A stretch of DNA of 64,000 bases, from NCBI GenBank assembly GCA_963668025.2, contig CAXXTH010000010.1:1360456-1424455 (forward strand), in the 5' to 3' direction. The DNA comes from Candidatus Hydrogenedentota bacterium (GTDB taxonomy: Bacteria > Hydrogenedentota > Hydrogenedentia > Hydrogenedentales > SLHB01). Each line of letters opens with the position of its first letter. Position 1 is the first letter of the stretch. The translations under genes and the position numbers were made by a program. Positions 18,136 through 31,323 of the stretch are shown piece by piece. The notes beneath the pieces are model-generated. The model saw only the letters and a list, made by a program, of their open reading frames with translations. It was not told where the DNA came from and searched no databases.

Positions 18136-19293
18136 TTAGCCTCTGTGGCCGTGTGTACGGTAGTATGCGAGACCTTCGAGCATCGCTTCAAGGTTGGCCC
18201 AGGGAACACCGGGGGTGATGCTGCTGGAACCGCCCAGGAACAGGCCTACGGGCGGGCCGTTTTCGACCAGCCACTTTATTTCCTTGCGCACCTCATCGGG
18301 CGTGCCTAAGGGCAGGGTTCGCGTCACGCTTACGCCCCCCCAGATCATGAGCGGTTCGCCGTCGCGGTCCGTCATCTTGCAGATCCGCTCATAATCCATG
18401 CCGGCTTCATATTGAAAGCCCTGGAATCCTCGTATGCCGGCCTCGAGCAGCCCCGGTATCATGGACATAAGATTGCCGTCGCAGTGCCATATACAGCGAA
18501 TCCCCGCATCAACCAAAGGCTTGATGCTGCGTGCGAAATGGGGAAACCAGCTCCGCTCGAGGCTGCGGATATCGACTAATGGCCCTGAATTGTCCGCCAT
18601 GTCATGATCGAGGCGGATGACTTTAGGCAGATTGCCTTTCCTTATCGCGCGGGCTGCGATAGCGTTGGTTTTTTCGTATAAATCCGCTTGAAGGGCAAAA
18701 TCACGCTCCATAATCTCTGGATATATCACGTATGCGGTAAGATAATGTACGTAACCATAAGCGCCATATCGGAGTATGGGAAATCCTCCCCAGCCTTCGC
18801 CATATGGCGCCTTGAGGATTTCTGGCCCGAACTGTGCTTGCATGGCCTGTTCGCCCTGGATTAGCCTCGCGACGGCCTCGTCATCGGAGGGAGCCGTGGC
18901 GGCGATCTGGGCCTCGAGCTTAGGAAACTCTATGCGTTCGAGATGCTCGACTACCTTGTCCGCATCATCAATGATAATACCGTCCAATTCAATATGCGCC
19001 GCCCCGGTGGTCGCTTGATGCGCGGTGCCGTTCTCATACCCATGAGCGCCCATGCTCAGCACATTTCCGGCCAGATACTGGTCGATCATACAAACCCCCG
19101 CTGCCCGCTGGGCCGCGAGATACACGCCATCAGGATCATTGGGGTAGCTGCCTTCGGGCGCACCGGCTAGTTTCTCGAGAAACCGTGGGTCCATGCTATG
19201 AAACATCCAGGCGGGGATGCCATCACATGTCTCCAGGGCAAGTGTGCGTTCGGCTAAACGGGCGTTCGCGCTGAGTTCGAGCATATGGGTCAT
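18136..19293 (-). CDS. Uroporphyrinogen decarboxylase / MtaA-like superfamily protein
   Basis: IWHCDGN, LPLGTPDEVR, PGVPWANL; AGGAGGAG RBS. Confidence 0.8.
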   Translation of the reverse strand: MTHMLELSANARLAERTLALETCDGIPAWMFHSMDPRFLEKLAGAPEGSYPNDPDGVYLAAQRAAGVCMIDQYLAGNVLSMGAHGYENGTAHQATTGAAHIELDGIIIDDADKVVEHLERIEFPKLEAQIAATAPSDDEAVARLIQGEQAMQAQFGPEILKAPYGEGWGGFPILRYGAYGYVHYLTAYVIYPEIMERDFALQADLYEKTNAIAARAIRKGNLPKVIRLDHDMADNSGPLVDIRSLERSWFPHFARSIKPLVDAGIRCIWHCDGNLMSMIPGLLEAGIRGFQGFQYEAGMDYERICKMTDRDGEPLMIWGGVSVTRTLPLGTPDEVRKEIKWLVENGPPVGLFLGGSSSITPGVPWANLEAMLEGLAYYRTHGHRG

Positions 19294-19604
19294 ATATGGC
19301 TCCTCCTAAAACAAGCGGTGTGTTCGTTTGAGTGCGATTATGGTCATTTAGACTACAGGTAAGACGCTTGTCTGTCAAGTAAAATCATCGAGTTCAGGCA
19401 TGATGTTTTGACATAAAATGCGCGGATATGCATATTTATATAAAGTTTGTGAATTATCATGCCCTGTTGATGGGCGAACGAAACTTCGTCGTGGGTTTTC
19501 AAACTTGTGGAGCGCCGGGTGTCGGCTAAGCATTTAAAATGTTGAAACCGCCAGGTATTGGATTGTTTTGGTGATGATAATGAACAGATGTATTTGAGGT
19601 AACG

Positions 19605-22600
19605 ATGGCTCATAAAATATGGATGCTTCTCGCTTGCTCATGCCTGGTTGTGTTACCGGCCTTTGCCAAGGATGAGGCGATGCCAGCGTATCAGGAGTGT
19701 GCGGCGATGGCGAGTTGGGACGTTCTATATGATTTTGCCAATCACTGTAAAGAGGCCGATGCGCGTGAGACGGAGATATTCATCAATGCCTATAAATCCG
19801 CACAGGGAATCGAACGTCCAGGCTTTCTACTCCATCCGTATACGGCGCAGAAAGATACGCTGGCTTCGCTGAAGTTTCCTCCTGTTGCCCTTTCGGGATT
19901 CGCCGAAGGCGAACGTCCTATCTTGCATTTCTATATCACGATTGCCGATGGTTTTGATCCCGCGCAAACGCCAACGTTTGATGGGTGCGGGTTCATCATC
20001 CACATTAATGGCGAAGAAGTATTTCATCAAATCCATGCCCAGCAGGAATGGTTGGAGTTTACCGTAGATTTGGAGCCTTGGCGCGGCCAGGAAGTGCAAA
20101 TAACGTTTCAGGCCGACGCATTGGAGAACTCCAACTATGATTGGGCCTTCTGGGGTGCGCCTCAAATTTTGATTCAAGGCCGCCAACGGCCGCCCCGCCA
20201 GGGGCCAAAATCCTCCATGTTGAGTTATGAGCGTCTGGCTTCTGAAATTCAACCGGAACGTATCGTGAAGCATTATCAAGATGATCGTACGCAAACGATC
20301 ATTGCGGTCATGGACAAAGACCTGGATTTGCCAGCGTTATTATGGGCGGCGCGTGATGAAACGAAGCCAGAAGTGCCGCTTGCGCCGCGAATGGTGGCCG
20401 GCGAAGGAGCTGATCCGGAAAACCACACCATCGTCCGGGTGCTCAATGAATATGGCATCGCCGATGTGCAGTTCCTGGCCTATCCCGTGGAGATTAAGGG
20501 CGGTGTCCAAGTGTGCGCCCTCCGCGCGCAAGGAGAAGATAGGATAGTGGCGGCTCCCTTGGCGGATGAATCGATGCGTGAAATCCGGGTCTTCAATGTC
20601 TGGGGCGGTTTGGTGAACGCCTTCACTCCCTCCGATTTCGTTCGAACGCCGATGTCGCTGGCCACGGCCAGGCTAGAACATGGCGGTGCGGCTCAGGTCA
20701 TAGCCGTTGCATCCAGGAACGTTCTGAACCAACGGGTAAAATTGTTCTGTTATACAGCCGATGGCGCAATCAAACGAGAATATACGTTATCCGAAATGAC
20801 AGGTCCGCTCGAATTGACGGCGATGGCGCACGAGGAGACGCACATCGGGATTTATGACATCGGGGCGGGCGTCTTCATCGAATGGGATCTGGCCACAGGG
20901 CAGGAGATTAAACGAGTGCCGATCCTGGACGCCACACCGGAGACGCGCGTCTATCCTTCGGCGTTTGGGGATGAGCTTTGGGCCACCTATCCCGAGAAAG
21001 TTTTTTCTACCATCAAACGGTATCGAAATGGCCAGGCGGAGACAGTGAACGTTGGGGAACGTGAAAATACATTCTGGTTTCAATGGCCGGAAGCGATATC
21101 GCTGGATGCGAGCTCGGAGGCGCAAGCGCCGAGATACATCCAATATTCAACATACCGCCACATACGCACGGAATATTTCTCTGATTTCCTGAAGAATCCG
21201 ACATTCAACACCACACCCGCCGATTGGCTGGCGGATGAAACACTCAATAAACATGCCAGGGAATTGGCGCAGAGTTATAACGAGCCGCTGCCCGCTGTTT
21301 GGGATATCTGTTTTTCCCATCGCACGCACAAAGAAGCCTTTACGAAGTGGCTAGACCAGAAAGAACCAGAAACTGGGGTTCTCCAATACTCGATGTTGAC
21401 CCGAGAGAATAACCCGGAGGAATATGTCGAATTCGAGCAGTTCTTTTTTGCACTGACTACGTATGCTTTTGGGCTGCCGGAACTCGACCGCCTTTATGTG
21501 ATGCCGCTTCGCCGCACGCTGCAACGCCTAGCGGCAGCCTATCGAGACAACCCGGAACACATGGCCGCGCTGGAACCTAATCATGAGCATGAAATCGCGG
21601 TGCAAGGCGATGGCTCGAAAGGGGATTACAACCTCTGGATGATTCGAGGCTTTTACCATTACCTGGCGGCGCTGTATGGCAATGATCCGGCGTGGCTGGC
21701 TGCGAAATTCGGCTTTGAAAAGGGTCAATACTTTGATGCGCCGAGGGGGTGGGGGCGTGGTGAATGGGATGCGTATGATTCGTCCAATCCATTCCTCCGG
21801 GAGTGGGAATTCTATAATCGGTATGTTGTAAACCGTCGGATTGCCCAAACCTTTCGCGAGGCGTTACTGGCGGGCTTTCCGCCCGAACTGATCCGCTCCC
21901 ATCAGATCCCCGATCGATATGCGCTGGGCGGGCTGGAGGCCTTCAGCTCGGTGCAATCGCGCTATACCCCGATCGATTACACCATCAGCGCCGGTGTCGG
22001 GTATGGCTTCACACGCTATGGGGTCTTTTATACCAATCCCAACAATTGCATTATGGGGGCCTATTCGTCGGGATTCGATAACATCACGCTTGGCGAATAT
22101 AACGCCTTGACGCCCGATCCCCAAGTTGCCTACGAGCAATTGCGTTATATATTTGATCATGGCGGAGCGACAGTCGACTGCATCCAGTGGCCCGGCTCTC
22201 ACGATGAAGGCTTCAATGCCGCGATGATTACGGCGTTGCGGCGGTTAATGGAAGAAGACCCGCCGCGCTCAGTGGCGGCAGGCGGCACGGGGCCGATGCG
22301 TGCGTTTATCGATGGCGGGCGGGCCTTCAACATTGTTCAGATCGGTGCGGGAGGCGAGCACACCGGCCTGCTCAAGTCGATTACATCCGATGGCGATTGG
22401 GAGGGCACGGTCTATGTCACTCCGTTCCACGCCCATGTGGATATTTCATCGGTTCCTTTTGAAAGGGAAGGTGAAAAGTGGTTATCAGCGCCGATTCAGG
22501 CGCTAGATGCTGCCGGCCAAATCGAGTTGATGGTGGATGTGAATAGCCGCAAGAAAAGCCAGATACAGATACAAGTGCTTCAGGAAAACCAGGTGTTGCC

Positions 22601-22862
22601 TGGTCTTTCAACGACGCTCTTGGTGGATGAAAACGATCAATTCATACGCTATATCTTTCGAGCGCAATTGCCATCGCCTACCGTCCGTTTGATGATAACT
22701 CCTGGAAAAGCGCTTACGCTCGCGCATATCGAAGCGTACCGCCACACGCCTCAACACGTGAAGCTCCATCGCGGAATCCTTGCGGGAAAACGGCATAAAG
22801 GCGGAGTCACTTTTGATTTACTGGAAAATCAACCTGGCGTGGCGGTTGAGGCTCGCCGTTGA
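19605..22862 (+). CDS. Large secreted hypothetical protein, possible clan GH-A-like glycoside hydrolase with accessory beta domains
   Basis: GAGGT RBS, signal peptide (LPAFA), EPNHEHE and TLGEYN segments. Confidence 0.7.
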   Translation: MAHKIWMLLACSCLVVLPAFAKDEAMPAYQECAAMASWDVLYDFANHCKEADARETEIFINAYKSAQGIERPGFLLHPYTAQKDTLASLKFPPVALSGFAEGERPILHFYITIADGFDPAQTPTFDGCGFIIHINGEEVFHQIHAQQEWLEFTVDLEPWRGQEVQITFQADALENSNYDWAFWGAPQILIQGRQRPPRQGPKSSMLSYERLASEIQPERIVKHYQDDRTQTIIAVMDKDLDLPALLWAARDETKPEVPLAPRMVAGEGADPENHTIVRVLNEYGIADVQFLAYPVEIKGGVQVCALRAQGEDRIVAAPLADESMREIRVFNVWGGLVNAFTPSDFVRTPMSLATARLEHGGAAQVIAVASRNVLNQRVKLFCYTADGAIKREYTLSEMTGPLELTAMAHEETHIGIYDIGAGVFIEWDLATGQEIKRVPILDATPETRVYPSAFGDELWATYPEKVFSTIKRYRNGQAETVNVGERENTFWFQWPEAISLDASSEAQAPRYIQYSTYRHIRTEYFSDFLKNPTFNTTPADWLADETLNKHARELAQSYNEPLPAVWDICFSHRTHKEAFTKWLDQKEPETGVLQYSMLTRENNPEEYVEFEQFFFALTTYAFGLPELDRLYVMPLRRTLQRLAAAYRDNPEHMAALEPNHEHEIAVQGDGSKGDYNLWMIRGFYHYLAALYGNDPAWLAAKFGFEKGQYFDAPRGWGRGEWDAYDSSNPFLREWEFYNRYVVNRRIAQTFREALLAGFPPELIRSHQIPDRYALGGLEAFSSVQSRYTPIDYTISAGVGYGFTRYGVFYTNPNNCIMGAYSSGFDNITLGEYNALTPDPQVAYEQLRYIFDHGGATVDCIQWPGSHDEGFNAAMITALRRLMEEDPPRSVAAGGTGPMRAFIDGGRAFNIVQIGAGGEHTGLLKSITSDGDWEGTVYVTPFHAHVDISSVPFEREGEKWLSAPIQALDAAGQIELMVDVNSRKKSQIQIQVLQENQVLPGLSTTLLVDENDQFIRYIFRAQLPSPTVRLMITPGKALTLAHIEAYRHTPQHVKLHRGILAGKRHKGGVTFDLLENQPGVAVEARR

Positions 22863-22909
22863 AGGCACATGGGCATTTCTGCGCGACGCTAGAAGGCTTG
22901 CTTTGTTCT

Positions 22910-23449
22910 TCATTGAGTTTCAGGCAATTCTTCCAACACTCGAGTAAAGGCCTCGCATATGCTTTTGGAGAATAGCACAAATCGTATGAGATGGATGCCG
23001 GGGTGGAGCCTTAGAAATGCCGCGGCTGTCCCGATGGCGATAGGGGCCGCTTCGTGAACAGGGTAGCCATATACGCCGCAGCTAATGGCGGGGAATGCGA
23101 CAGACGTTACGCCATTTTCGATGGCGATCTCGAGGCTGCGGCGGTGGCAGCTTGCCAAGAGTTCCGGTTCGCCATGTTTCCCGTCGTTATAAACCGGGCC
23201 AACAGTGTGAATGACATAACGTGCGGGCAGATTGCCACCCGTAGTGATTTTAGCGCCGCCAGTAGCGCAGCCGTTGAGCTTTCGGCACGCATCCAAAATC
23301 GCCGGCCCTCCGGCGCGATGAATGGCCCCATCCACGCCGCCGCCGCCCAGTAAGGTGCTGTTCGCCGCGTTCACGATGGCGTCTGTCTGTTCGCGGGTAA
23401 TGTCACCCTGCGCCACTTCGATGGTTCCATGGCCGATAACCCGTTTCAT
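22910..23449 (-). CDS. ymdB: Macrodomain O-acetyl-ADP-ribose deacetylase (YmdB-like)
   Basis: GDIT, IVNAAN, GGGGVDGAIH, IHTVGP, FPAISCGVYGYP. Confidence 0.92.
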   Translation of the reverse strand: MKRVIGHGTIEVAQGDITREQTDAIVNAANSTLLGGGGVDGAIHRAGGPAILDACRKLNGCATGGAKITTGGNLPARYVIHTVGPVYNDGKHGEPELLASCHRRSLEIAIENGVTSVAFPAISCGVYGYPVHEAAPIAIGTAAAFLRLHPGIHLIRFVLFSKSICEAFTRVLEELPETQ

Positions 23450-23495
23450 GGCTGGCCTCTCCAATCAGAACGGCTAGGCTCCGTATAAAGCTGCT

Positions 23496-26018
23496 TTATT
23501 CCTCTTCGGAGGAATCGGATTCATCGCTATCTTCGGAGGAATCATCCCCTTGCGCGGACGCGCTTTGTTCAATGGCGCGTTCTTCTTTTTCTTCCGCCAC
23601 GGCGCGGGCTACGGCGCTCACTTTCGCCCCTTCACTCGGCAGCATAATCTTCACGCCTTGCGTGTTGCGGCCTATCGCACGCAGATCGCGCACGGACATG
23701 CGAATGACAATGCCGTCCGTGCTGACCACCACGATCTCGTCTTCATCATCCACTGTAAGCATGCCGACTACTTCACCGTTGCGGTCGGAAGTCTTGATAT
23801 TGATGATCCCGCTGCCGCCCCGGTGCTGCTGGCGGTATTCGCTGACTTTCGTGCGCTTGCCGAATCCGTTTTCGGTGACGCTCAGCACGGTCATGTCTTC
23901 ACCGGCAATGGAAGTGCCAATCACCACATCATCCTTATCCAGGCGGACGCCGATCACGCCGCGGGCCGCACGGCCCATGGGACGCACATCCGTCTCGGGG
24001 AATCGGATGGCCATGCCTTTGCGGGTGGCGATAAGGATGTTGTCCTCGCCCGAGGTGATCTGGATGTCGATGAGTTCATCGCCTTTTTCAAGGTCAATGG
24101 CGCGGATGCCCGTGGCCCGGGGATTGCTGAATGCGGAAAGCTCCGTCTTTTTGACGATGCCTTTGGCGGTGACCATGAACACATTTTTACCTGATTCCGC
24201 CAGATCGCGCACAGGCAGACAGGCAGTGACTTGCTCGCCGCCCGTAAGGTCTAGCACATTTATGATGGCTCGTCCGCGTGACGTGCGCGAGCCTTTCGGC
24301 AATTCATGCACCTTGCGCCAATATACTTGGCCGCGATTGGTGAAGAACAGCATATATTGGTGCGCCGAAGCGATGAAGAGGTCTTTGACGAAATCCTCGT
24401 CTTTTGTCTCCATGCCCGCAACACCGCGCCCGCCGCGCCGTTGTTTGCGGTAGGTGGCCACCGGGACGCGCTTGATGTAACCGGCGTTCGACACCGTGAC
24501 CACCATCTCCTCATCCGCGATGAAGTCTTCGATGGAAAATTCGCTTGTATGGGAGAGGATCTGCGTGCGCCGCGCGTCGCCGTGCGTTCTCTTGAGTTCG
24601 ACGATTTCTTTACGCACCTCGAGGATGATGGTGTGGCGGCTTGATAAAATCATGCGGAAGCGCTCGATTTGCTGGATGAGGTCGCGATATTCGTTTTCCA
24701 GCTCTTCGCGTTCCAGGCCGGTCAGGCGGCGCAGGCGCATGGCCAGAATGGCGTTCGCCTGCACTTCGGTGAAGCTAAAGCGTTCGATCAAACGGCCGCG
24801 GGCTTCATCCGCATCGGCGGACCCGCGTATGATGGCGATAATCTCATCAATATGGTCGATAGCGCGTAAAAGGCCTTCGAGGATGTGGGCGCGGGCTTCG
24901 GCTTGCGCCAAATCGTATTCCGTGCGCCTGCGCACGATATCGATACGGTGCTCGATATAGTAATGGACCAACTCCGCCAGCGCCAGCACGCGTGGGGCAT
25001 TATTGACGAGCGCCAGCATAAGGATGCCAAACGTATCCTGCATCTGCGTGTGCTTGTAGAGCGTATTTAGGATGACTTGAGGCTCATCGCCTTTGCGCAC
25101 TTCGATGACGATGCGCATGCCGTCGCGGTCGGATTCATCCCGCAGATCCGTGATGCCCTCAACCACCTTTTGGCGCACCAAGTCGGCGATATTTTCAATG
25201 AGTCTCGATTTGTTGACCTGATATGGAATCTCTGAGACGATAATGCTGTCGCGGCCCGTGCGCTGGTCGTGCTCGATGGAGGCCTTGGCGCGCACTTGAA
25301 TGCGCCCCCGGCCCGTCAGGTACGCCGAGGCGAGGCCTTCCGTGCCATAAATGATGCCGCCCGTCGGAAAATCCGGCGCCTTAACGAAATGCATCAGATC
25401 TTTTGACGTGGCTTCCGGATTATCAATCATATGGACGATGGCGTCGCATACTTCGCTGAGATTGTGGGGCGGGCAATTGGTGGCCATGCCCACGGCGATG
25501 CCTTGCGAGCCATTTACGAGCAGATTCGGTATGGCTGAGGGTAGAACCGTAGGCTCTTGAAGGCGGCTGTCGTAGTTGTCTTGCATGTTGACGGTCTGTT
25601 TTTCAATGTCCGCCAACAAAAAAGCCGTAATAGACGCCATCCGGGCTTCGGTGTATCGCATGGCCGCCGCACTATCGCCATCCACCGAACCGAAGTTGCC
25701 CTGGCCGTCCACAAGGGGATACCGCATGCTCCACGGCTGCGCCATGCGCACGAGAGCGTCATATATGGCCGAATCGCCGTGTGGGTGGTATTTTCCCATG
25801 GTATCGCCCACGACCGCCGCGGACTTGCGGAATCCACGGTTATGGACGAGGCCTAATTCGTGCATGGTGAATAAAATGCGCCGATGTACGGGTTTTAGGC
25901 CGTCGCGTACGTCTGGCAGGGCGCGGCTGACAATGACGCTCATCGAATAATCCAGGAAGGATGTCTTCATCTCCTGTTCGATGGCGATGGGTATGACGTG
26001 TTCTCGTGGGGTATCCAT
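23496..26018 (-). CDS. gyrA: DNA gyrase subunit A
   Basis: [26 protein letters not shown], GyrA-box QRRGGRG, acidic tail. Confidence 0.98.
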   Translation of the reverse strand: MDTPREHVIPIAIEQEMKTSFLDYSMSVIVSRALPDVRDGLKPVHRRILFTMHELGLVHNRGFRKSAAVVGDTMGKYHPHGDSAIYDALVRMAQPWSMRYPLVDGQGNFGSVDGDSAAAMRYTEARMASITAFLLADIEKQTVNMQDNYDSRLQEPTVLPSAIPNLLVNGSQGIAVGMATNCPPHNLSEVCDAIVHMIDNPEATSKDLMHFVKAPDFPTGGIIYGTEGLASAYLTGRGRIQVRAKASIEHDQRTGRDSIIVSEIPYQVNKSRLIENIADLVRQKVVEGITDLRDESDRDGMRIVIEVRKGDEPQVILNTLYKHTQMQDTFGILMLALVNNAPRVLALAELVHYYIEHRIDIVRRRTEYDLAQAEARAHILEGLLRAIDHIDEIIAIIRGSADADEARGRLIERFSFTEVQANAILAMRLRRLTGLEREELENEYRDLIQQIERFRMILSSRHTIILEVRKEIVELKRTHGDARRTQILSHTSEFSIEDFIADEEMVVTVSNAGYIKRVPVATYRKQRRGGRGVAGMETKDEDFVKDLFIASAHQYMLFFTNRGQVYWRKVHELPKGSRTSRGRAIINVLDLTGGEQVTACLPVRDLAESGKNVFMVTAKGIVKKTELSAFSNPRATGIRAIDLEKGDELIDIQITSGEDNILIATRKGMAIRFPETDVRPMGRAARGVIGVRLDKDDVVIGTSIAGEDMTVLSVTENGFGKRTKVSEYRQQHRGGSGIINIKTSDRNGEVVGMLTVDDEDEIVVVSTDGIVIRMSVRDLRAIGRNTQGVKIMLPSEGAKVSAVARAVAEEKEERAIEQSASAQGDDSSEDSDESDSSEEE

Positions 26019-26127
26019 AGTCCTCTATACTCGATTATGCCGCCGCCGGGCTAGGCGGCGCTTGCAGTGCGCTGGACGCCATGGACTTCATGGGCGTCTC
26101 TGGCGCATGTTCTAGTTACAACTTATT

Positions 26128-26165
26128 CATCCAAATTCCGCACATCGAGTGCGTGCCGCTCGATA
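26128..26165. repeat. 38-bp direct repeat, copy of the gyrB 3' end (att-like)
   Basis: catccaaattccgcacatcgagtgcgtgccgctcgata; 37/38 identical to 26473-26510. Confidence 0.92.
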
Positions 26166-26189
26166 TATGCTTGATATACATCACGATAA

Positions 26190-26444
26190 TCAGGCCCCAT
26201 ACTTGTCACCGATGCCCAGCAGCAAACCTTCAACCGAAATGTCTTCATCCAGTTCATCCCAATGAAGGCCTGTTCCACCACCACTGATGACATAATGCAT
26301 GCGTGATTCTGGCGAGGCATGGAGCAGGCGCGGGAAATATGCAAGCGGAATGCCTAACTGTCGTCCATCGGCTAGATCCACCCACATGGTGTTTTCGTCG
26401 AAGCGCACATTACTCGCCAGCGCGGCCAAGGCCAAAGTGCCCAT
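26190..26444 (-). CDS. DUF2442-family small protein (toxin-antitoxin associated)
   Basis: VDLADGRQLGIPLAYFPRL...GLHWDELDEDISVEGLL pattern. Confidence 0.88.
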   Translation of the reverse strand: MGTLALAALASNVRFDENTMWVDLADGRQLGIPLAYFPRLLHASPESRMHYVISGGGTGLHWDELDEDISVEGLLLGIGDKYGA

Positions 26445-26467
26445 TCCAGTATTTCTTCGTTCGCCTT

Positions 26468-28912
<2,445 letters not shown>

Positions 28913-29209
28913 TTATTTGCTTGCGTGGAAGAACTAGATACTATACAAGAGCAAGTATATCAAAACGGGAAGCGCATTACAATCTAAAGACGCAATATTT
29001 AGAGTTTTTCTTGTGAAAAGCACACTCATGTTGTGATGTAGGGGGCTTTTTTGGTGGCCGGAAAAATAATAAGCAGGCATGTTTCTGAAGTAGAAAAATC
29101 ACAAGCGCGATCGGTAGTAAAAACATCGGCTCGCGGATTTGGGCCACGAAAAGCGCATCACAGAGATAGCTAAAAAAGAAGGGAAGAGCTAGTTGAGCCT
29201 TGCTTATGC

Positions 29210-29695
29210 TTATGCCGCTGGGGCTTGCTCTGCTGGGGCTTGCTCTGCTGGGGCTTGCTCAAGTTTCGCTTTTAGCGCGTCGAAGATGGCTACCGCTACC
29301 TTATTGTCTTTTGTTTTGCGGTCGTGCCAATTCGGGTAGGTGAGCAAGGTGACTCCATAGACTTGATTTAATGTTTCAATGGAGACTTTTGAAGTTTCAC
29401 TCGAAAGCCCTTCCACTTGAATGGTAAGCTGGGTGCGGTGTGGCGTGAAGATATATAATTCGCGGTATGCGTCTGAGTATGCGACGAACGTTCCGCGTTT
29501 ATCCCGGGTATAAATATTCAGTTTTTGCTCGCGCAGCACTTCCTTAACAGCTTGCCAGGTATCTTCGAAAGATGCGCTCACGGTTATGGAATCCGTTATG
29601 GCGAAACCGGTAGTGTCCCGCGCGGCGCGAGCGCAACCCACCATCGCCAGCAACACGGCTAACAAGCACAGTGTAAGACATTTTGTATATTTCAT
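29210..29695 (-). CDS. Hypothetical lipoprotein
   Basis: Signal peptide with lipobox-like MVGC; C-terminal EQAPA repeats. Confidence 0.8.
   Translation of the reverse strand: MKYTKCLTLCLLAVLLAMVGCARAARDTTGFAITDSITVSASFEDTWQAVKEVLREQKLNIYTRDKRGTFVAYSDAYRELYIFTPHRTQLTIQVEGLSSETSKVSIETLNQVYGVTLLTYPNWHDRKTKDNKVAVAIFDALKAKLEQAPAEQAPAEQAPAA
29217..29260. repeat. 15-bp tandem repeat x3 encoding EQAPA
   Basis: (gctggggcttgctct) x3, last unit 14 bp. Confidence 0.85.
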
Positions 29696-29838
29696 GATAT
29701 CTATCCCCGCCTTATTTTCGGCATTCTAGCATATGGTTTTGAACCAATCAACAATATGAAAATAATTATGAAAATGATTGCTTGGTTTTCATGTCCAAGA
29801 ACGGCCAAAGCGGTTCATCGGCGTTGTTTGCGTTCTTT

Positions 29839-30966
29839 TCAAGACAAGCTCTTATGGAATCGTTTCACGGCATAAGCCAGCGTGAGCACGCCTAACGCTA
29901 GCAGCCCCAGCAATTGCGGCCAGAGGATGTCGAATCCCACGCCTTTGAGGAAAATCCCGCGTACGATGATGAGCATATAGCGCAGTGGGTTGGCATAGGT
30001 CATCCATTGCACCACGCGCGGCATGTTCTCGATGGGAAAGATAAAGCCCGACAGCAGCATCCAAGGCATGAAAAAGAATGTAGTGCTCATCATGGCCTGT
30101 TGTTGCGTCGAGCTGATGGTCGAAATGAGGAGTCCAACGCCGCTCGTGCTGAGCAGAAACAGGGTGACACTCAAAAAGAGCAACGGCAGGCTGCCGCGCA
30201 TGGGCACGTCAAACCAATACATGCCAGCCACGGTGATGAGAATCACATCGAGATAGCCAATCAGTGCGAAGGGGATGGTTTTTCCCAAAATAAATTCAGC
30301 GCGGGTGATGGGTGACGCGATGATCTGCTCCATGGTGCCAATCTCGCGTTCGCGGACAATGGCCATGCTGGTCAGTGTGAGCGATACGAGGGCGACCAGC
30401 GCGGCGATAATGCCCGGCACATAGTAATTGCGGCTCTCGAGGTTTTCGTTGAACCAGGCGCGGGTCTCGAGCATGATAGGCTCCTTGGCGTCGCGCCCGA
30501 GCAGGCGCAGGTAAATCTTACTCAGCCGTTCCCGCGTATAGCGCTGTGCGATGCTTCCGGCGTAATCGGCCACGATGCGCGCCGTATTCGAGTCGGAGCC
30601 GTCAAGCAGCATTTGCACCTCGGCGCTTCGCCCCGCCAAAATGTTCGCTCCAAAATCTGCGTTTAACCGTAGCATCATAACGGCCTGGCTTGTGTCGATC
30701 AGGTGCTGGGCACGGATTGGGTCGGTGGTGAATTCAATGATGTCGAAGTAGCCTGATTGGGGAAACCGGGTAATAAAATCACGGCTTTCGACGCTGTTGT
30801 CAAAATCCATCACGACGAGGGCGGCGTGCTTTACATCCGTGGAGACGGCGTATCCATACAGCATGAGCTGGATGATGGGCACAAAGAAGATGATTACGCG
30901 CATGCGCGGATCGCGCAGTACTTGGATAAACTCTTTGGCCATCATGCATCGGATGCGCTCAAACAT
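29839..30966 (-). CDS. ABC-2 type exporter permease (YbhR-like)
   Basis: KEFIQVLRDPR, IVREREIGTMEQ, LSGFIFPIENMP; AGGAG RBS before MFER. Confidence 0.92.
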   Translation of the reverse strand: MFERIRCMMAKEFIQVLRDPRMRVIIFFVPIIQLMLYGYAVSTDVKHAALVVMDFDNSVESRDFITRFPQSGYFDIIEFTTDPIRAQHLIDTSQAVMMLRLNADFGANILAGRSAEVQMLLDGSDSNTARIVADYAGSIAQRYTRERLSKIYLRLLGRDAKEPIMLETRAWFNENLESRNYYVPGIIAALVALVSLTLTSMAIVREREIGTMEQIIASPITRAEFILGKTIPFALIGYLDVILITVAGMYWFDVPMRGSLPLLFLSVTLFLLSTSGVGLLISTISSTQQQAMMSTTFFFMPWMLLSGFIFPIENMPRVVQWMTYANPLRYMLIIVRGIFLKGVGFDILWPQLLGLLALGVLTLAYAVKRFHKSLS

Positions 30967-31027
30967 ACGCCGTCTCCTGGCGTGTCCGCGCGCTGGCTGG
31001 AATGCTTGCACTAGAATTCCACCATAT

Positions 31028-31298
31028 CGTCATTCCCGCGAAAGGGGATTTCCAAAAAGAGAGCAGGCAAGCCAATGCAAGGAAATATCGGCAAAATACA
31101 TGAAAGAGAACATGAAAGCGGTAGCAAGCTACCGCACTCCGTATACTTCCTAAGTCTTTTCTTGTCAAAGAGTGTGGAGTGCGGCAGCTCGCTGCCGCTT
31201 TGAGCGTGCGGATTGCGCTCGAATGTCTTTTCCTGATTTGTGGCGGTGTAAAATCGAACAGAGAATATTCTTGGATCCCCGCTTTCGCGGAGATGACG
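31028..31298. repeat. Nested pairs of REP-like inverted repeats
   Basis: Outer pair 31028-31055 / 31271-31298 (cgtcattcccgcgaaag... type); inner pair 31115-31140 / 31176-31201 (aaagcggtagcaagctaccgcactcc type). Confidence 0.85.
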
Positions 31299-31323
31299 TT
31301 GAGAAGAATGCTGTCCAGTTGTT

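Noticed and set aside
25750-25810. Quinolone-resistance substitution in GyrA
   Set aside because: [10 protein letters not shown] keeps the wild-type Ser and acidic residue
26123-26344. 73-aa ORF ending [13 protein letters not shown] as a gyrB-like gene
   Set aside because: It overlaps DUF2442 in another frame; the similarity is fully explained by the 38-bp duplication
29217-29260. Phase-variable repeat
   Set aside because: The 15-bp unit is in frame and at the extreme C terminus, so copy changes would not switch expression
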